From NCBI GenBank assembly GCA_018823905.1, contig JAHJHL010000044.1:40150-104149 (forward strand): 64,000 nucleotides of DNA, given 5' to 3'. The translations under genes and the position numbers were made by a program. Numbering within the stretch: the stretch's first letter is position 1; each line of letters starts with the position of its first letter. The notes beneath the pieces are model-generated. The model was given only the letters and a program-made list of their open reading frames with translations. It made no database searches and was not told the DNA's origin. Below, piece by piece: positions 27,375 through 37,298 of this stretch. Source of the stretch: Alphaproteobacteria bacterium. GTDB taxonomy: Bacteria > Pseudomonadota > Alphaproteobacteria > Sphingomonadales > Sphingomonadaceae.

Positions 27375-29666
27375 ATGCGACCGGCGCGGACGCGACCTTT
27401 GTTGATCTTATCGGCGTCGGCTTGCTGTCTGGCCTGGTCGACCACCGCAATCGGTCAAACAGTCGAACCGCCGCAGGTTGTGCCGACGGCCGAGCCGGTG
27501 TCCGATGCGTCAATTGCTGCCCCGACCCCGCCGCCGCCGGATGTCCAATTTCCCGATGTCGCACCGATCATCAGCGATGAGGAGTTCGAGAAGGCAATCC
27601 CGCAGATATTCGCGGAGGATGATCCCGAGCTCAATCGGCCGCTCGAATCGATTGCCGACTTTGAAAAACGGCAGGCTGCCGAAGCGGCAAATTCAGGCGG
27701 CACCGCGGCGGATGCAGCGACGCCCACGGTAGCCGGCGTGCCGGTTCCGGCGCTGGCGGATGGCGATGCGGTGGAGGTCATCGGCGATGCACCGATCACC
27801 GACAGCGAACTCGCCGCCCCGCTGCCGCCGCTCGAAAATTTCGATGTCGAACCCGTTGAATTCGCCGAGGCCGAGGACGACCGTGAGAATGTCAACGTGG
27901 CCTATACGGTGCAGGTCAACGGGCTCGTCCCGGCCGACGACAGCACCGATGTCGATCTCGCCGACTTGTTCGGCGACTTGTCCGCGCTCTATGACGGGGA
28001 CGGCAAGGCGGACAATGCCGCGATGGTACGCGCGCGCCTGACCGCCGATGGCGAGTTGATGCAGCGTATTCTGGCGTCCGAAGGCTATTATGACGCGGTG
28101 GTCGATACGCGGATCGATCGCGGCGAACGCGAAGACGGTCAGGAGGGGCAACCGCGCCAGCGCCGCCCGATAACGGCGGTCATCGATGTAAAGCCGGGGA
28201 CGCAATATAAGCTGGCCGAGATCATCCTGAAGGCCGATCCGACCATCCCGCCAAACCTGATCGCGGACAATTTTCCGCTCAGTATCGGTGAGCCGATTGT
28301 CGCGCAGCGCGTCCAGGGCGCCGAGGCGGCGATTGCGCTCAAATTGCCCGAAGAGGGCTATCCGTTTGCCGAGGTGGGGCAGCGCGACATTTTGCTCGAC
28401 GGAGCGACCGGGGACGGAGTCTACACGCTTCCTGTCGACATCGGCAAACGGTCGCGGTTCGGCGGAATCGAGACGACGGGTGATCTGGCGTTCGACGCCG
28501 AGCATGTCGAGGTGCTGGCGCGCTTCAAGCGCGGCGAGCTGTACGACAGCCGCAAGGTCGACGATCTGCGTCAGGCGCTGGTTGCCACCGGGCTGTTCGC
28601 CACCGTCGCGGCCGAGCCGCAGCCAACCGGTGAAAGCGCGGGTGATGACACCGAATATGTCACGATGCTGGTGACGCAGCAAGCGGGGCCGCCGCGAACT
28701 TTGGCCGCCAGTGCTGGCTATGGCACCGGCGAAGGCCTGCGCGTCGAGGGTAGCTGGACGCACCGCAACCTGCTGCCACCCGAAGGCGCGCTGATCTTTC
28801 GCGGCGTCGTGGGAACGCAGGAGCAGGGCATCGGCGCAACGTTGCGGCGTTCGAATGCCGGGCGCCGCGATCGCACCTTTGAACTCGTCGCCGAAGCGAC
28901 GCGGAGTGATTACAACGCGTTTAACGCAATCACGGGGCGCATCGCGGCGCGCGTCAGCTATGATTCGACTCCGATCTGGCAAAAAAGATTTACTTACGCC
29001 TTCGGCGCCGAACTGATCGCGACAAGCGAGGATGACTATGATTTCGCGCGCGCCGAGCGGAACCGCGATTTCTATACAATCTTCGGGCTGACGGGTCAGG
29101 TCGGGATGGACCGCACCGACAGCCTTCTCGACCCCACCAAGGGCTTTCGCGTAACCGCGCTCATTCAGCCCGAAGGATCGCTCGCCGGGCGATTTTCGCC
29201 CTACGCCCGCGCCCGCCTTGACGTCAGCGGCTATTATCCCGTCACCGACAATATCGTGTTAGCCGGGCGCGTGCGCGCCGGGTCGATACTGGGCGCCGCG
29301 CGCGAACGATTGGCGCCATCGCGGCGTTTCTATGCCGGTGGTGGTGGGTCGGTGCGCGGTTTCGGCTATCAGGAGCTCGGTCCCAAGGATCCCGATCTCG
29401 ACCCGATCGGCGGCCGCAGCGTTGCCGAGGCCGCGTTCGAAGGGCGCTATCGGTTTGGAAATTTCGGCGTCGTCGGCTTTGTCGATGCGGGGCAAGTCTA
29501 TCGCGGTTCGACGCCGACGTTCTCGGATCTGCGCTTTGGGGCCGGCATCGGCGCGCGCTATTATACCAATTTTGGCCCGATGCGGCTGGACGTCGCGACT
29601 CCGATCGGCCGCAAGCCGGGTGAAGCGCTGGTGAGCGTCTATGTCTCGATTGGGCAGGCCTTCTAA
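27375..29666 (+). CDS. tamA: Autotransporter assembly outer-membrane protein TamA (Omp85 family)
   Basis: Signal peptide, POTRA-like repeats, and beta-barrel motifs RRFYAGGGGSVRGFGYQ and GAGIGARYYTNFGPMRLDVATP, ending in Phe. Start ATG 27375 chosen. Confidence 0.92.
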   Translation: MRPARTRPLLILSASACCLAWSTTAIGQTVEPPQVVPTAEPVSDASIAAPTPPPPDVQFPDVAPIISDEEFEKAIPQIFAEDDPELNRPLESIADFEKRQAAEAANSGGTAADAATPTVAGVPVPALADGDAVEVIGDAPITDSELAAPLPPLENFDVEPVEFAEAEDDRENVNVAYTVQVNGLVPADDSTDVDLADLFGDLSALYDGDGKADNAAMVRARLTADGELMQRILASEGYYDAVVDTRIDRGEREDGQEGQPRQRRPITAVIDVKPGTQYKLAEIILKADPTIPPNLIADNFPLSIGEPIVAQRVQGAEAAIALKLPEEGYPFAEVGQRDILLDGATGDGVYTLPVDIGKRSRFGGIETTGDLAFDAEHVEVLARFKRGELYDSRKVDDLRQALVATGLFATVAAEPQPTGESAGDDTEYVTMLVTQQAGPPRTLAASAGYGTGEGLRVEGSWTHRNLLPPEGALIFRGVVGTQEQGIGATLRRSNAGRRDRTFELVAEATRSDYNAFNAITGRIAARVSYDSTPIWQKRFTYAFGAELIATSEDDYDFARAERNRDFYTIFGLTGQVGMDRTDSLLDPTKGFRVTALIQPEGSLAGRFSPYARARLDVSGYYPVTDNIVLAGRVRAGSILGAARERLAPSRRFYAGGGGSVRGFGYQELGPKDPDLDPIGGRSVAEAAFEGRYRFGNFGVVGFVDAGQVYRGSTPTFSDLRFGAGIGARYYTNFGPMRLDVATPIGRKPGEALVSVYVSIGQAF

Positions 29667-32600
29667 TGGCCGGGGATCCGCCCGATGTGGCTGAAATGGC
29701 AACAACCGCGAAACCGCGCAACTGGCCAATGACGGTTTTGCGCTGGATCGGCTTGTCGCTGCTCGGGGTGATCCTGCTGTTCGCGCTGTTCCTGATCGGC
29801 CTCAATAGCGATGCCGGGCGACGCTTCGTCGTTACCCAGGTCGAGAAATTTGAATTCGAAAACGGGATGAAGATCGGCATCGGTCGGCTCGACGGCTCGC
29901 TTTATGGCCGCATGGTCATCCGCAACTTCACGCTGTCTGATCCCAAGGGCGTTTTCCTGGAGTCGCCGGAAGTGCAGGTCGATTGGCGCCCACTCCGCTA
30001 TTTCGCGAATCATGTCGATGTCCGGTCGGCGAGTGCCGCGACGATGACGATGCGCAAGATGCCGGCGTTCAAGGTCGTGCCCGACACCGGCGAGCCGCTG
30101 CTGCCCGATCTTGATATCGACATCGGCGCGCTGCGCGTCGATCGTTTCATCTTTGACTCCGCCGTCGCTGGTGAGCGGCAGGAAGCGCGGTTGGCGGGAA
30201 AGATCGCTATTGCCGATCGGCGCGCGCAGATCACGGCGAATGCCGCGACGATCGGCGCCAATGCCAAGGGCGACACGCTGGCGCTGCTGCTTGACGCCGT
30301 ACCTGAAGCGAACCGGTTTAACGTGACCATGAACGTGACAGCGCCGCAGGGCGGGGTGCTCGCGGCGATGGGCGGGTTCGACGAGACGCTGACCGCCAAG
30401 CTGGCGGGACGCGGCGACTGGAAAGTCTGGAATGGCAATCTCACTGCCGATCTTGGTGCGGCGCCGCTGGCGCGGCTGGCGCTGACAGGCCGTAACGGTA
30501 CCTTTGTGGTCAAAGGGAGCGCGCAGGCGTCGCGGCTGTTCGCGGGTGCGACGGCAGCGCTGCTAGGGCCGCAAACCGCGGTCGACCTGACGGCGCGACT
30601 GGACGAGCGCAAGGCTGATCTCGATGGTCGCCTTTCGTCCGATGCCTTCCGCTTGGGGGTGAGCGGCGGGCTCGATCTGGGCAACAGCCGGTACGAAGCC
30701 TTGCAACTGGCGTTCGTTCTGCTTCGCCCGAGCGCCATTGCGCCATCGGTTCGCGCCGATGGCGTGCGGGCGACAGCGACGCTGGATGGGGCATTTGAGC
30801 TGCCGACCGTCGCGTACCAGGCGAATGCCAATGCGCTCGCGGTCAACGACATTATCATCGACACATTGACCCTGTCGGGCAAGGCGCGCGTCGATGCCGA
30901 CCAGATCATCATTCCGGTCGCGGGCCGCGCGGCGCGGATCCGCGGTCTCGACGCGGTCGCGGGCGGAACGCTGGTGCAGGTCCGGCTCGACGGTGATCTC
31001 GCCTACAGCAATGGGCGGATCCTGAGCGACAATCTGCGTCTGCGTTCGCCGCGCATCGACGCCAAGGCGATTGTCATCGCCGACCTGAACCGGGGTTTTT
31101 ATACCGGGGCGATCGACGGGCGGATCAACGACTATCGCATCGAGAGCGTCGGCATTTTCGACATCGATACCGACGCCGATCTGGAAACTGCGCCAAATGG
31201 CGGTTTTGCGATCGCTGGACGCGTTCGCGCGCGCTCGACGCAATTGTTCAATTCGGGGGTACGCGACCTGCTCGGCGGCAATGCGGTGGCAACCAGCGAC
31301 GTCCGCTATGGCACCGACGGGATCGTTCGCTTCGCCAATCTGCGGATGACCTCCCCGCTCCTGCGGATCGTCAGTGGACAGGGGAGCTATGCGCCGAACG
31401 GACAGGTGCGACTGACCGCGCGTGCCAATTCCACCGACTATGGCCCGCTTGGTGTCCAGCTGGCTGGGACGATCAGCGATCCGCGTGCGACGCTTACCGC
31501 CGAACGTCCCGGGCTGGGTATCGGCCTCGCCAATCTGGTCGCGGAAATCAATGGGGCGCCGAATGGCTATCGCCTCGCCGCGACGGGCGACACCGATTAC
31601 GGACCGCTGTCCGCCGATGTCGTGTTGCTGACCGCGACCGGTCCTTTGACGATCGACATCGCGCGCGGCGATCTGTCGGGTATCGGGTTCAACGGGCGAT
31701 TGGTGCAAAGCAGCGCGGGGCCGTTCGTCGGCCAGCTCAACGCATCAGGGCAGGGGCTGGGCGGCCTGGTCAGGTTGAGCGCCGCGGGCCAATATCAGGC
31801 GGCGGCAATCAACGTCCGCGCCAATGATGTCGTGCTGCCTGGGCCCGCCAAGCTGGCGGTCGGATCGGCGATCGTCGACGCTGATGTCACGCTCTATGAC
31901 ACGCCGCATGTCGTCGCCGATATCCAGATCGCCCAGACACGCATCCGCGAGTACGATATCGCGGTCGGGCGGGTGAAGATCGATTATCGCGATGGGCGCG
32001 GCAAGGCGCAGGCGCTGGTCGAAGGTACCAGCGGCATCCCGTTCCGTATCGCCGCCAACGCCGACCTGACGTCAGAGCTGTGGCGCGCGTCGGTGCAGGG
32101 CCGCGCGACGGGCGTGAACTTCCGCACGACATCGCCCGCGCGTATCATCCCCGGTCCCGATGGCTATGAACTGCTGCCGACGACGGTCAATCTGGGCCGC
32201 GGCAGCAGCGCGCGGGTCGCCGGGCGGTTTGGCGACGGTATCATGATCCAGAGCCGCCTCGAGCGCGTCAACATGGCGATCCTCAACGCCGTCTATCCCG
32301 ACATGGGGCTTGGCGGGCGCGCGACGGGCAGCCTCGATTTCGAACAGGCAAGTTCGGAGAGCTTTCCGCGCGCCGATGCGCGGCTGACGATCACCGGCTT
32401 TACCCGGACGACCGCGGCGTCGGTCAGCCAGCCAGTCGATGTCAATTTCGCCGGCAAGCTGCTCAGCGACGGCGGCGAAGCGCGCGCGGTGATGCGCAAG
32501 CGCGGCAGCGTGATCGGACGGATGCAGGCGTCGCTGCGGCCGCTCGGTCCCGGCGCAGGCGATTGGACGACGCGCCTGCGCGCGGCGCCGTTGGGCGGCG

Positions 32601-33895
32601 GCATCCGCTACAACGGTCCGTCGGACACGCTTTATTCTTTCTTCGGGCCCGCCGACCAAGGTGTGTCGGGGCCGATCGCGGTTGCCGCCGATTTCAGTTG
32701 CAGCGTCGCCGACCCTTGCCTGTCGGGTGTCGTGCGCGGCAAGGACATGGTTTATGAAAACCAGACCTATGGCACGCGCCTGACCAACATGGTCGTAGCC
32801 GGTCGCTTTGACGGAAACCGGTTGGAGGTCGATCAGCTGACCGCGACCGCAGGCGACGGCAAGGTCGAAGCGAAGGGCTATATCAGCCTGGCGCAGGCCG
32901 ACGGTTATCCGATGAACATCGCGATGACGCTCGACAATGCGCGGCTTGCGCGCAGCGAGAATATTGCGGCGCGTGCGACGGGCAATCTGGTGCTCGAAAA
33001 GGTCGCGGGGCAAGCGGCGTTGCTGTCGGGCAGCCTGCGCCTTCCTGAAACGCGCTATCGTATCGTGCGCGAGGGCGCGGCGCAGGTGCCGGTGCTGACC
33101 GGCATCAGGCGCAAACCCGCCGCAGGCCGCCCGCGGATCAGCGGCGACGGGCTGGCGGCGGTTGGGGGCAGCCTGTTCGACCTCATCCGCCTCGACATCG
33201 CGCTCAAGGCGTCGGATGAAATCTACGTCAGCGGCATGGGGCTCGAATCGGAATGGATGGCCGATATCGTTCTGCGCGGGACAACCTTGGCACCGCGTGT
33301 AACGGGCGAAATCGAGCTGGTGCGCGGGACGCTGGGATTTGCCGGACGGTCGTTCGAATTGCAGGAGGGCCGCGTGACCTTCCCGACCGGCGACGCCTAC
33401 GACCCCGCGATCCGCTTGCTGGCGAGCGATACGATCGAGACGGTGACCGTGAACGTTGCCGTGTCAGGCCGTGCGAGCAACCCACAGATTGCATTCTCCA
33501 GCGTCCCCGGCCTGCCGCAGGACGAGATCGTGTCGCGCATTCTGTTCGGCGATTCGATCACGACGTTGTCACCGCTGCAAGCCGTGCAGCTGGCCTCGTC
33601 GCTCAACACGCTGAGCAGCGGGGGCGGGGGATTGAGCCCGCTTGGCGCGCTGCAGTCGGCGACCGGCATCGACCGCCTGCGCGTGCTGGGTCCCGACGAT
33701 ACCGTCGGGCGCGGCACCGCGCTCGCTGCGGGGCAATATATCACCAAAGACATCTATCTCGAAGTCATCACCGACGCGCGCGGTTACACCGCGACGCAGC
33801 TCGAGATCAGCCTAACCCGGGCGCTATCGCTGCTCAGCCAAGCCGGTGGTTCGGGTCAGTCGAACCTCAGCATCCGCTACCGCAAGGATTATTGA
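29666..33895 (+). CDS. tamB: Translocation/assembly module TamB
   Basis: N-terminal TM anchor, long Gly-rich beta-taco repeats and a C-terminal DUF490-type region (GMGLESEW...GKYI/GQYITKDIYLE...YRKDY). Directly downstream of tamA. Confidence 0.92.
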   Translation: MAGDPPDVAEMATTAKPRNWPMTVLRWIGLSLLGVILLFALFLIGLNSDAGRRFVVTQVEKFEFENGMKIGIGRLDGSLYGRMVIRNFTLSDPKGVFLESPEVQVDWRPLRYFANHVDVRSASAATMTMRKMPAFKVVPDTGEPLLPDLDIDIGALRVDRFIFDSAVAGERQEARLAGKIAIADRRAQITANAATIGANAKGDTLALLLDAVPEANRFNVTMNVTAPQGGVLAAMGGFDETLTAKLAGRGDWKVWNGNLTADLGAAPLARLALTGRNGTFVVKGSAQASRLFAGATAALLGPQTAVDLTARLDERKADLDGRLSSDAFRLGVSGGLDLGNSRYEALQLAFVLLRPSAIAPSVRADGVRATATLDGAFELPTVAYQANANALAVNDIIIDTLTLSGKARVDADQIIIPVAGRAARIRGLDAVAGGTLVQVRLDGDLAYSNGRILSDNLRLRSPRIDAKAIVIADLNRGFYTGAIDGRINDYRIESVGIFDIDTDADLETAPNGGFAIAGRVRARSTQLFNSGVRDLLGGNAVATSDVRYGTDGIVRFANLRMTSPLLRIVSGQGSYAPNGQVRLTARANSTDYGPLGVQLAGTISDPRATLTAERPGLGIGLANLVAEINGAPNGYRLAATGDTDYGPLSADVVLLTATGPLTIDIARGDLSGIGFNGRLVQSSAGPFVGQLNASGQGLGGLVRLSAAGQYQAAAINVRANDVVLPGPAKLAVGSAIVDADVTLYDTPHVVADIQIAQTRIREYDIAVGRVKIDYRDGRGKAQALVEGTSGIPFRIAANADLTSELWRASVQGRATGVNFRTTSPARIIPGPDGYELLPTTVNLGRGSSARVAGRFGDGIMIQSRLERVNMAILNAVYPDMGLGGRATGSLDFEQASSESFPRADARLTITGFTRTTAASVSQPVDVNFAGKLLSDGGEARAVMRKRGSVIGRMQASLRPLGPGAGDWTTRLRAAPLGGGIRYNGPSDTLYSFFGPADQGVSGPIAVAADFSCSVADPCLSGVVRGKDMVYENQTYGTRLTNMVVAGRFDGNRLEVDQLTATAGDGKVEAKGYISLAQADGYPMNIAMTLDNARLARSENIAARATGNLVLEKVAGQAALLSGSLRLPETRYRIVREGAAQVPVLTGIRRKPAAGRPRISGDGLAAVGGSLFDLIRLDIALKASDEIYVSGMGLESEWMADIVLRGTTLAPRVTGEIELVRGTLGFAGRSFELQEGRVTFPTGDAYDPAIRLLASDTIETVTVNVAVSGRASNPQIAFSSVPGLPQDEIVSRILFGDSITTLSPLQAVQLASSLNTLSSGGGGLSPLGALQSATGIDRLRVLGPDDTVGRGTALAAGQYITKDIYLEVITDARGYTATQLEISLTRALSLLSQAGGSGQSNLSIRYRKDY

Positions 33896-34116
33896 TGCGC
33901 GGCGCCGTAATTCTGCTGCCGTTGCTTCTGTTGGCCGGGTGCAAGGACGAACCCGATTTCGAGGCGCGCTACGACAAGGCGGCCAAAGAAATCGAAGCGC
34001 GCGCCAAAGCCATGGACGCCGATATCGCCGAATCGGAAGAAGCCGCCGCGGCTACATCGGGGGACTTGCCTCGCGCCGACAAGCGGTCTAACCCGCCCGC
34101 GTCATCTGGGGAGTAG
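33895..34116 (+). CDS. Small lipoprotein (73 aa)
   Basis: ATG overlaps the tamB stop (TGATG). Lipobox LLAGC followed by a charged helical tail. Confidence 0.7.
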   Translation: MRGAVILLPLLLLAGCKDEPDFEARYDKAAKEIEARAKAMDADIAESEEAAAATSGDLPRADKRSNPPASSGE

Positions 34117-34214
34117 CCAGCCGTCCGAACGGACGGGCCACCGTGTCAACATACTCGGCCGAGAGGTCGTGGTGCGGTGGAAGCGGGGAACCGTTTGGGC
34201 GAGACCAATGGCAT
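34101..34214 (+). ncRNA. yybP-ykoY (Mn2+) riboswitch
   Basis: Conserved blocks GGGGAGTAGCC (34108), GTCAACATACTCG (~34144) and GGCGAGACC (~34198). P1 pairing gtcat-c-tgg / cca-atggc. Lies upstream of a UPF0016 gene. Confidence 0.88.
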
Positions 34215-34292
34215 CGCATTCTTCGTCCGGGCCGGGCGGCGGGTGTCGATGTCGATTGGAATCGCAACGCCGCCCGGCCCCGGAGTTTATTC

Positions 34293-34865
34293 ATGGAAGC
34301 CATGCTCACCTCGACCGCCGTCGTCGCGCTCGCCGAAATCGGCGACAAGACGCAGCTGCTCGCGATCCTGCTCGCTACGCGGTTCAACCGGCCGTTGCCG
34401 ATCATTCTCGGTATCATGGTCGCGACGCTGGCCAATCATGCGCTCGCGGCGCTGCTGGGCGCGTCGGCGGCGAGCTTCCTCGATAGCGATATCTTCCGCT
34501 ATGCGGTCGGCCTGTCGTTTATCGCGATGGCGGCGTGGACGCTGATCCCGGACAAATTCGAAGACGAGGATGCGCCGAAGCCGCGGTATGGCGCCTTCCT
34601 GACCACGCTGGTCGCCTTCTTCCTCGTCGAAATGGGCGACAAGACGCAAATCGCCACGATTGCGCTGGGCGCGCAATATCATGACGTCGTGGCGGTAACC
34701 GCCGGAACGACGCTCGGCATGATGATCGCCAATGTCCCGGCGATCTTCCTGGGGCATGAATTGCTCAAGCGCGTCGATCTGGCAAAGATGCGGATGATCG
34801 CGGCTGCGCTGTTCCTGTTGATCGGCCTGTGGGTGCTCGCCCAGACGGCGGGCTGGTTCGGTTAG
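34293..34865 (+). CDS. TMEM165/GDT1 (UPF0016) Mn2+/Ca2+ transporter
   Basis: Two E-x-G-D-K-T-Q motifs (AEIGDKTQ, VEMGDKTQ) and a GGAG RBS before ATG 34293. Confidence 0.93.
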   Translation: MEAMLTSTAVVALAEIGDKTQLLAILLATRFNRPLPIILGIMVATLANHALAALLGASAASFLDSDIFRYAVGLSFIAMAAWTLIPDKFEDEDAPKPRYGAFLTTLVAFFLVEMGDKTQIATIALGAQYHDVVAVTAGTTLGMMIANVPAIFLGHELLKRVDLAKMRMIAAALFLLIGLWVLAQTAGWFG

Positions 34866-35878
34866 CCCGAATTGCGCATTGCGAGCGTGCGCTCGAAGCT
34901 CCAGCTCGACGCGCACATGGCGTCGAGATCGCGCTGTGCGGTCCAGCCTAGCTCTTGCGCGGCGCGTTCGGGGCTCGCGTAGCAGCTCGCCACATCGCCG
35001 TCGCGGCGCGGTGCGATACGATAGGGGATGCTGACGCCATTCACACGCTCGAACGCATGAATCATATCAAGGACCGAATAGCCTTGTCCGGTGCCGAGGT
35101 TCCAGGTCGACAGGCCGGGCTCGGTGTCAGCGATCGTGTCGAGCGCCGCCACGTGGCCGTCGGCGAGGTCCACGACATGGATATAGTCGCGCACCCCGGT
35201 GCCGTCGGGGGTGTCATAATCGTTGCCGAACACCGACAGCTCAGCGAGTCGCCCCGCGGCAACGCGGCTGATGAAGGGCATCAAATTATTGGGAATACCG
35301 TTCGGATTCTCGCCGATCAGCCCGCTATCATGCGCGCCGACCGGATTGAAATAGCGCAGCGTCGCGATCCGCCATTCGGGGTCGGACGCCGCGATGTCGG
35401 TCAGCACTTCCTCGATCATCAGCTTGGTGCGGCCATAAGGATTGGTCGCCGACGTCGGGTGATTTTCGTCGAGCGGCAGATACTGCGGCTGGCCATAGAC
35501 CGTCGCGCTCGATGAAAAGACCAGCGTCTTGACGCCGCAATCGCTCATCGCCTGTACCAGCGACAGCGTGCCGCGGACATTGTTGTCGTAATATTTGATC
35601 GGCTCGGCGACCGATTCGCCGACGGCTTTCAGACCCGCGAAATGGATGACGGCTTCGATGTCGTGCTCGGTCAGGGCGTGGCGCAGAACATCGCCATCGC
35701 GAATGTCACCGACGATCAGCGGAATGGCGGTCCCCGTAATTGCCTCAAGCCGGTCGATTACCCCGGCATCGCTGTTGGCGAGGTTGTCGAAACAGACGAC
35801 CTGATGGCCCGTGGAAACCAACGCCGCCGCAACGTGGCTGCCGATATAGCCGGTGCCGCCGGTCAATAGAATCTTCAT
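34862..35878 (-). CDS. galE: UDP-glucose 4-epimerase
   Basis: GGTGYIGSH, HFAGLKAVGESV, FSSSATVYG, NPYGRTK, LRYFNPVGAH and VRDYIHVVDLA. Confidence 0.95.
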   Translation of the reverse strand: MKILLTGGTGYIGSHVAAALVSTGHQVVCFDNLANSDAGVIDRLEAITGTAIPLIVGDIRDGDVLRHALTEHDIEAVIHFAGLKAVGESVAEPIKYYDNNVRGTLSLVQAMSDCGVKTLVFSSSATVYGQPQYLPLDENHPTSATNPYGRTKLMIEEVLTDIAASDPEWRIATLRYFNPVGAHDSGLIGENPNGIPNNLMPFISRVAAGRLAELSVFGNDYDTPDGTGVRDYIHVVDLADGHVAALDTIADTEPGLSTWNLGTGQGYSVLDMIHAFERVNGVSIPYRIAPRRDGDVASCYASPERAAQELGWTAQRDLDAMCASSWSFERTLAMRNSG

Positions 35879-35993
35879 CGGGTTTTGCCTCTATGCGAAT
35901 GTTTGGCCGTTTGATGGTCGCCCTATTCTATCCGGGGCTTCCAACCAAGCCAACGCGCCTGTCCGGTTGCGGTGAAGATCGAGTCTCGCGACG

Positions 35994-36998
35994 TTACTGG
36001 CGCTTCGACCAATCTTCCCGATACCAATCAACGAAAGCTGGAATACCGACCGCCATCGGGGTGGTCGGCGCAAAGCCGAGGTCGCGACTGATATCGTCGA
36101 TATCGGCGAAGGTCTGGTACACGTCGCCGTCCTGCATCGGCAGCAGGTTGATCTGGGCTTTGCGGTCGCAGGCGACTTCGATCGCGCGGATCAGGTCGGT
36201 CAGCTGCTCGGGGCGGTTGTTGCCGATGTTGTACAATCGGTGCGGCGTGGTGAAGCCGCCCGGTTTCTCTCGGCTGTCATCTTCTGGCGGATGATTGAGC
36301 GCCAGCACCACACCGTTGACGATATCGTCGATAAAGGTGAAGTCGCGCAGCATGTCGCCGTGATTGTAAACGTCGATCGGAAGGCCTTGCAGCACCGCTT
36401 CGGTGAATTTCCAGACCGCCATGTCGGGGCGCCCCCACGGCCCATAGACGGTGAAGAAGCGCAGCCCGGTCTGCGGGATCCGGAAAAGATGGGCATAGGT
36501 TTCGCTCATCAACTCATCGGCACGCTTCGTCGCCGCGTAGAGAGAGATGGGCGTATCAGCCCTGTCGGCGACCCGAAACGGCGTATCAGTTCTCATGCCA
36601 TAGATCGACGATGATGACGCATAGACGAGGTGCGAAATCGCGCGGTGGCGTGCGAGTTCGAGAATATTCACATGCCCGGAGATGTTCGAATGGATGTAGG
36701 CTGCCGGATTTTCGAGCGAATAGCGCACCCCTGGCTGCGCCCCCAGATGCACGATCCGATCGATCTTCACGTCCGCTAGCGCCTGAGCGAGTGCATTCGC
36801 GTCACCGAAATCGACATCCTTGAACGTGAACAGGTCGCCATAGCGTGCCGCAAGATGCGCGACGCGGGCGCGTTTGAGATCGAGCGAATAATAGGGGGTG
36901 AAATTGTCAATGCCGATCACATGCTCACCGCGCCCGAGCAGCGCCGCCGCAACATGCATGCCGATGAAGCCTGCCGCACCGGTAATCAGTATCGTCAA
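35994..36998 (-). CDS. UDP-glucuronate 4-epimerase-like SDR
   Basis: GAAGFIGMH, HLGAQPGVRYSLENP, YASSSSIYG, SLYAATK, RFFTVYGPWGRPDMA and RDFTFIDDI. TTG start. Confidence 0.9.
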   Translation of the reverse strand: MTILITGAAGFIGMHVAAALLGRGEHVIGIDNFTPYYSLDLKRARVAHLAARYGDLFTFKDVDFGDANALAQALADVKIDRIVHLGAQPGVRYSLENPAAYIHSNISGHVNILELARHRAISHLVYASSSSIYGMRTDTPFRVADRADTPISLYAATKRADELMSETYAHLFRIPQTGLRFFTVYGPWGRPDMAVWKFTEAVLQGLPIDVYNHGDMLRDFTFIDDIVNGVVLALNHPPEDDSREKPGGFTTPHRLYNIGNNRPEQLTDLIRAIEVACDRKAQINLLPMQDGDVYQTFADIDDISRDLGFAPTTPMAVGIPAFVDWYREDWSKRQ

Positions 36999-37180
36999 AT
37001 GTCGTCCCCGTCGTGATTACAGCTTCGGCACATGAGCCTGCATGCGCCGCCATTGCGGCCCTTATCAAGCCAATCGGTAAATTCGCCGGTAACGGTAGCG
37101 AGAATATTGGCGCGCGCTGACCGCGGGCGGTGCCTGGCAGGCACGTCAGCGCGCCATGTGGGTTCAATACCAAAGAATTA

Positions 37181-37256
37181 TGGTGAGCCCTGCTGGGTTC
37201 GAACCAGCGACCTACTGATTAAAAGTCAGTTGCTCTACCGACTGAGCTAAGGGCCC
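37181..37256 (-). tRNA. tRNA-Lys (anticodon TTT)
   Basis: Reverse complement GGGCCCTTAGCTCAGTCGGTAGAGCAACTGACTTTTAATCAGTAGGTCGCTGGTTCGAACCCAGCAGGGCTCACCA. 76 nt cloverleaf with encoded CCA. Confidence 0.97.
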
Positions 37257-37298
37257 ATCGCGGCGCTGCAAAGGCGGCGCGCGAAGTGAGCCGTCGCC

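Noticed and set aside
36999-37180. Sigma54 promoter-like tggcaggcacgtcagc
   Set aside because: The GG-to-GC spacing is 11 nt, not the required 10.
37181-37256. tRNA-Lys as an integration site for the polysaccharide region
   Set aside because: No duplicate of the tRNA 3' end and no integrase seen, and core genes (tamAB, selO) lie between it and the capsule locus.
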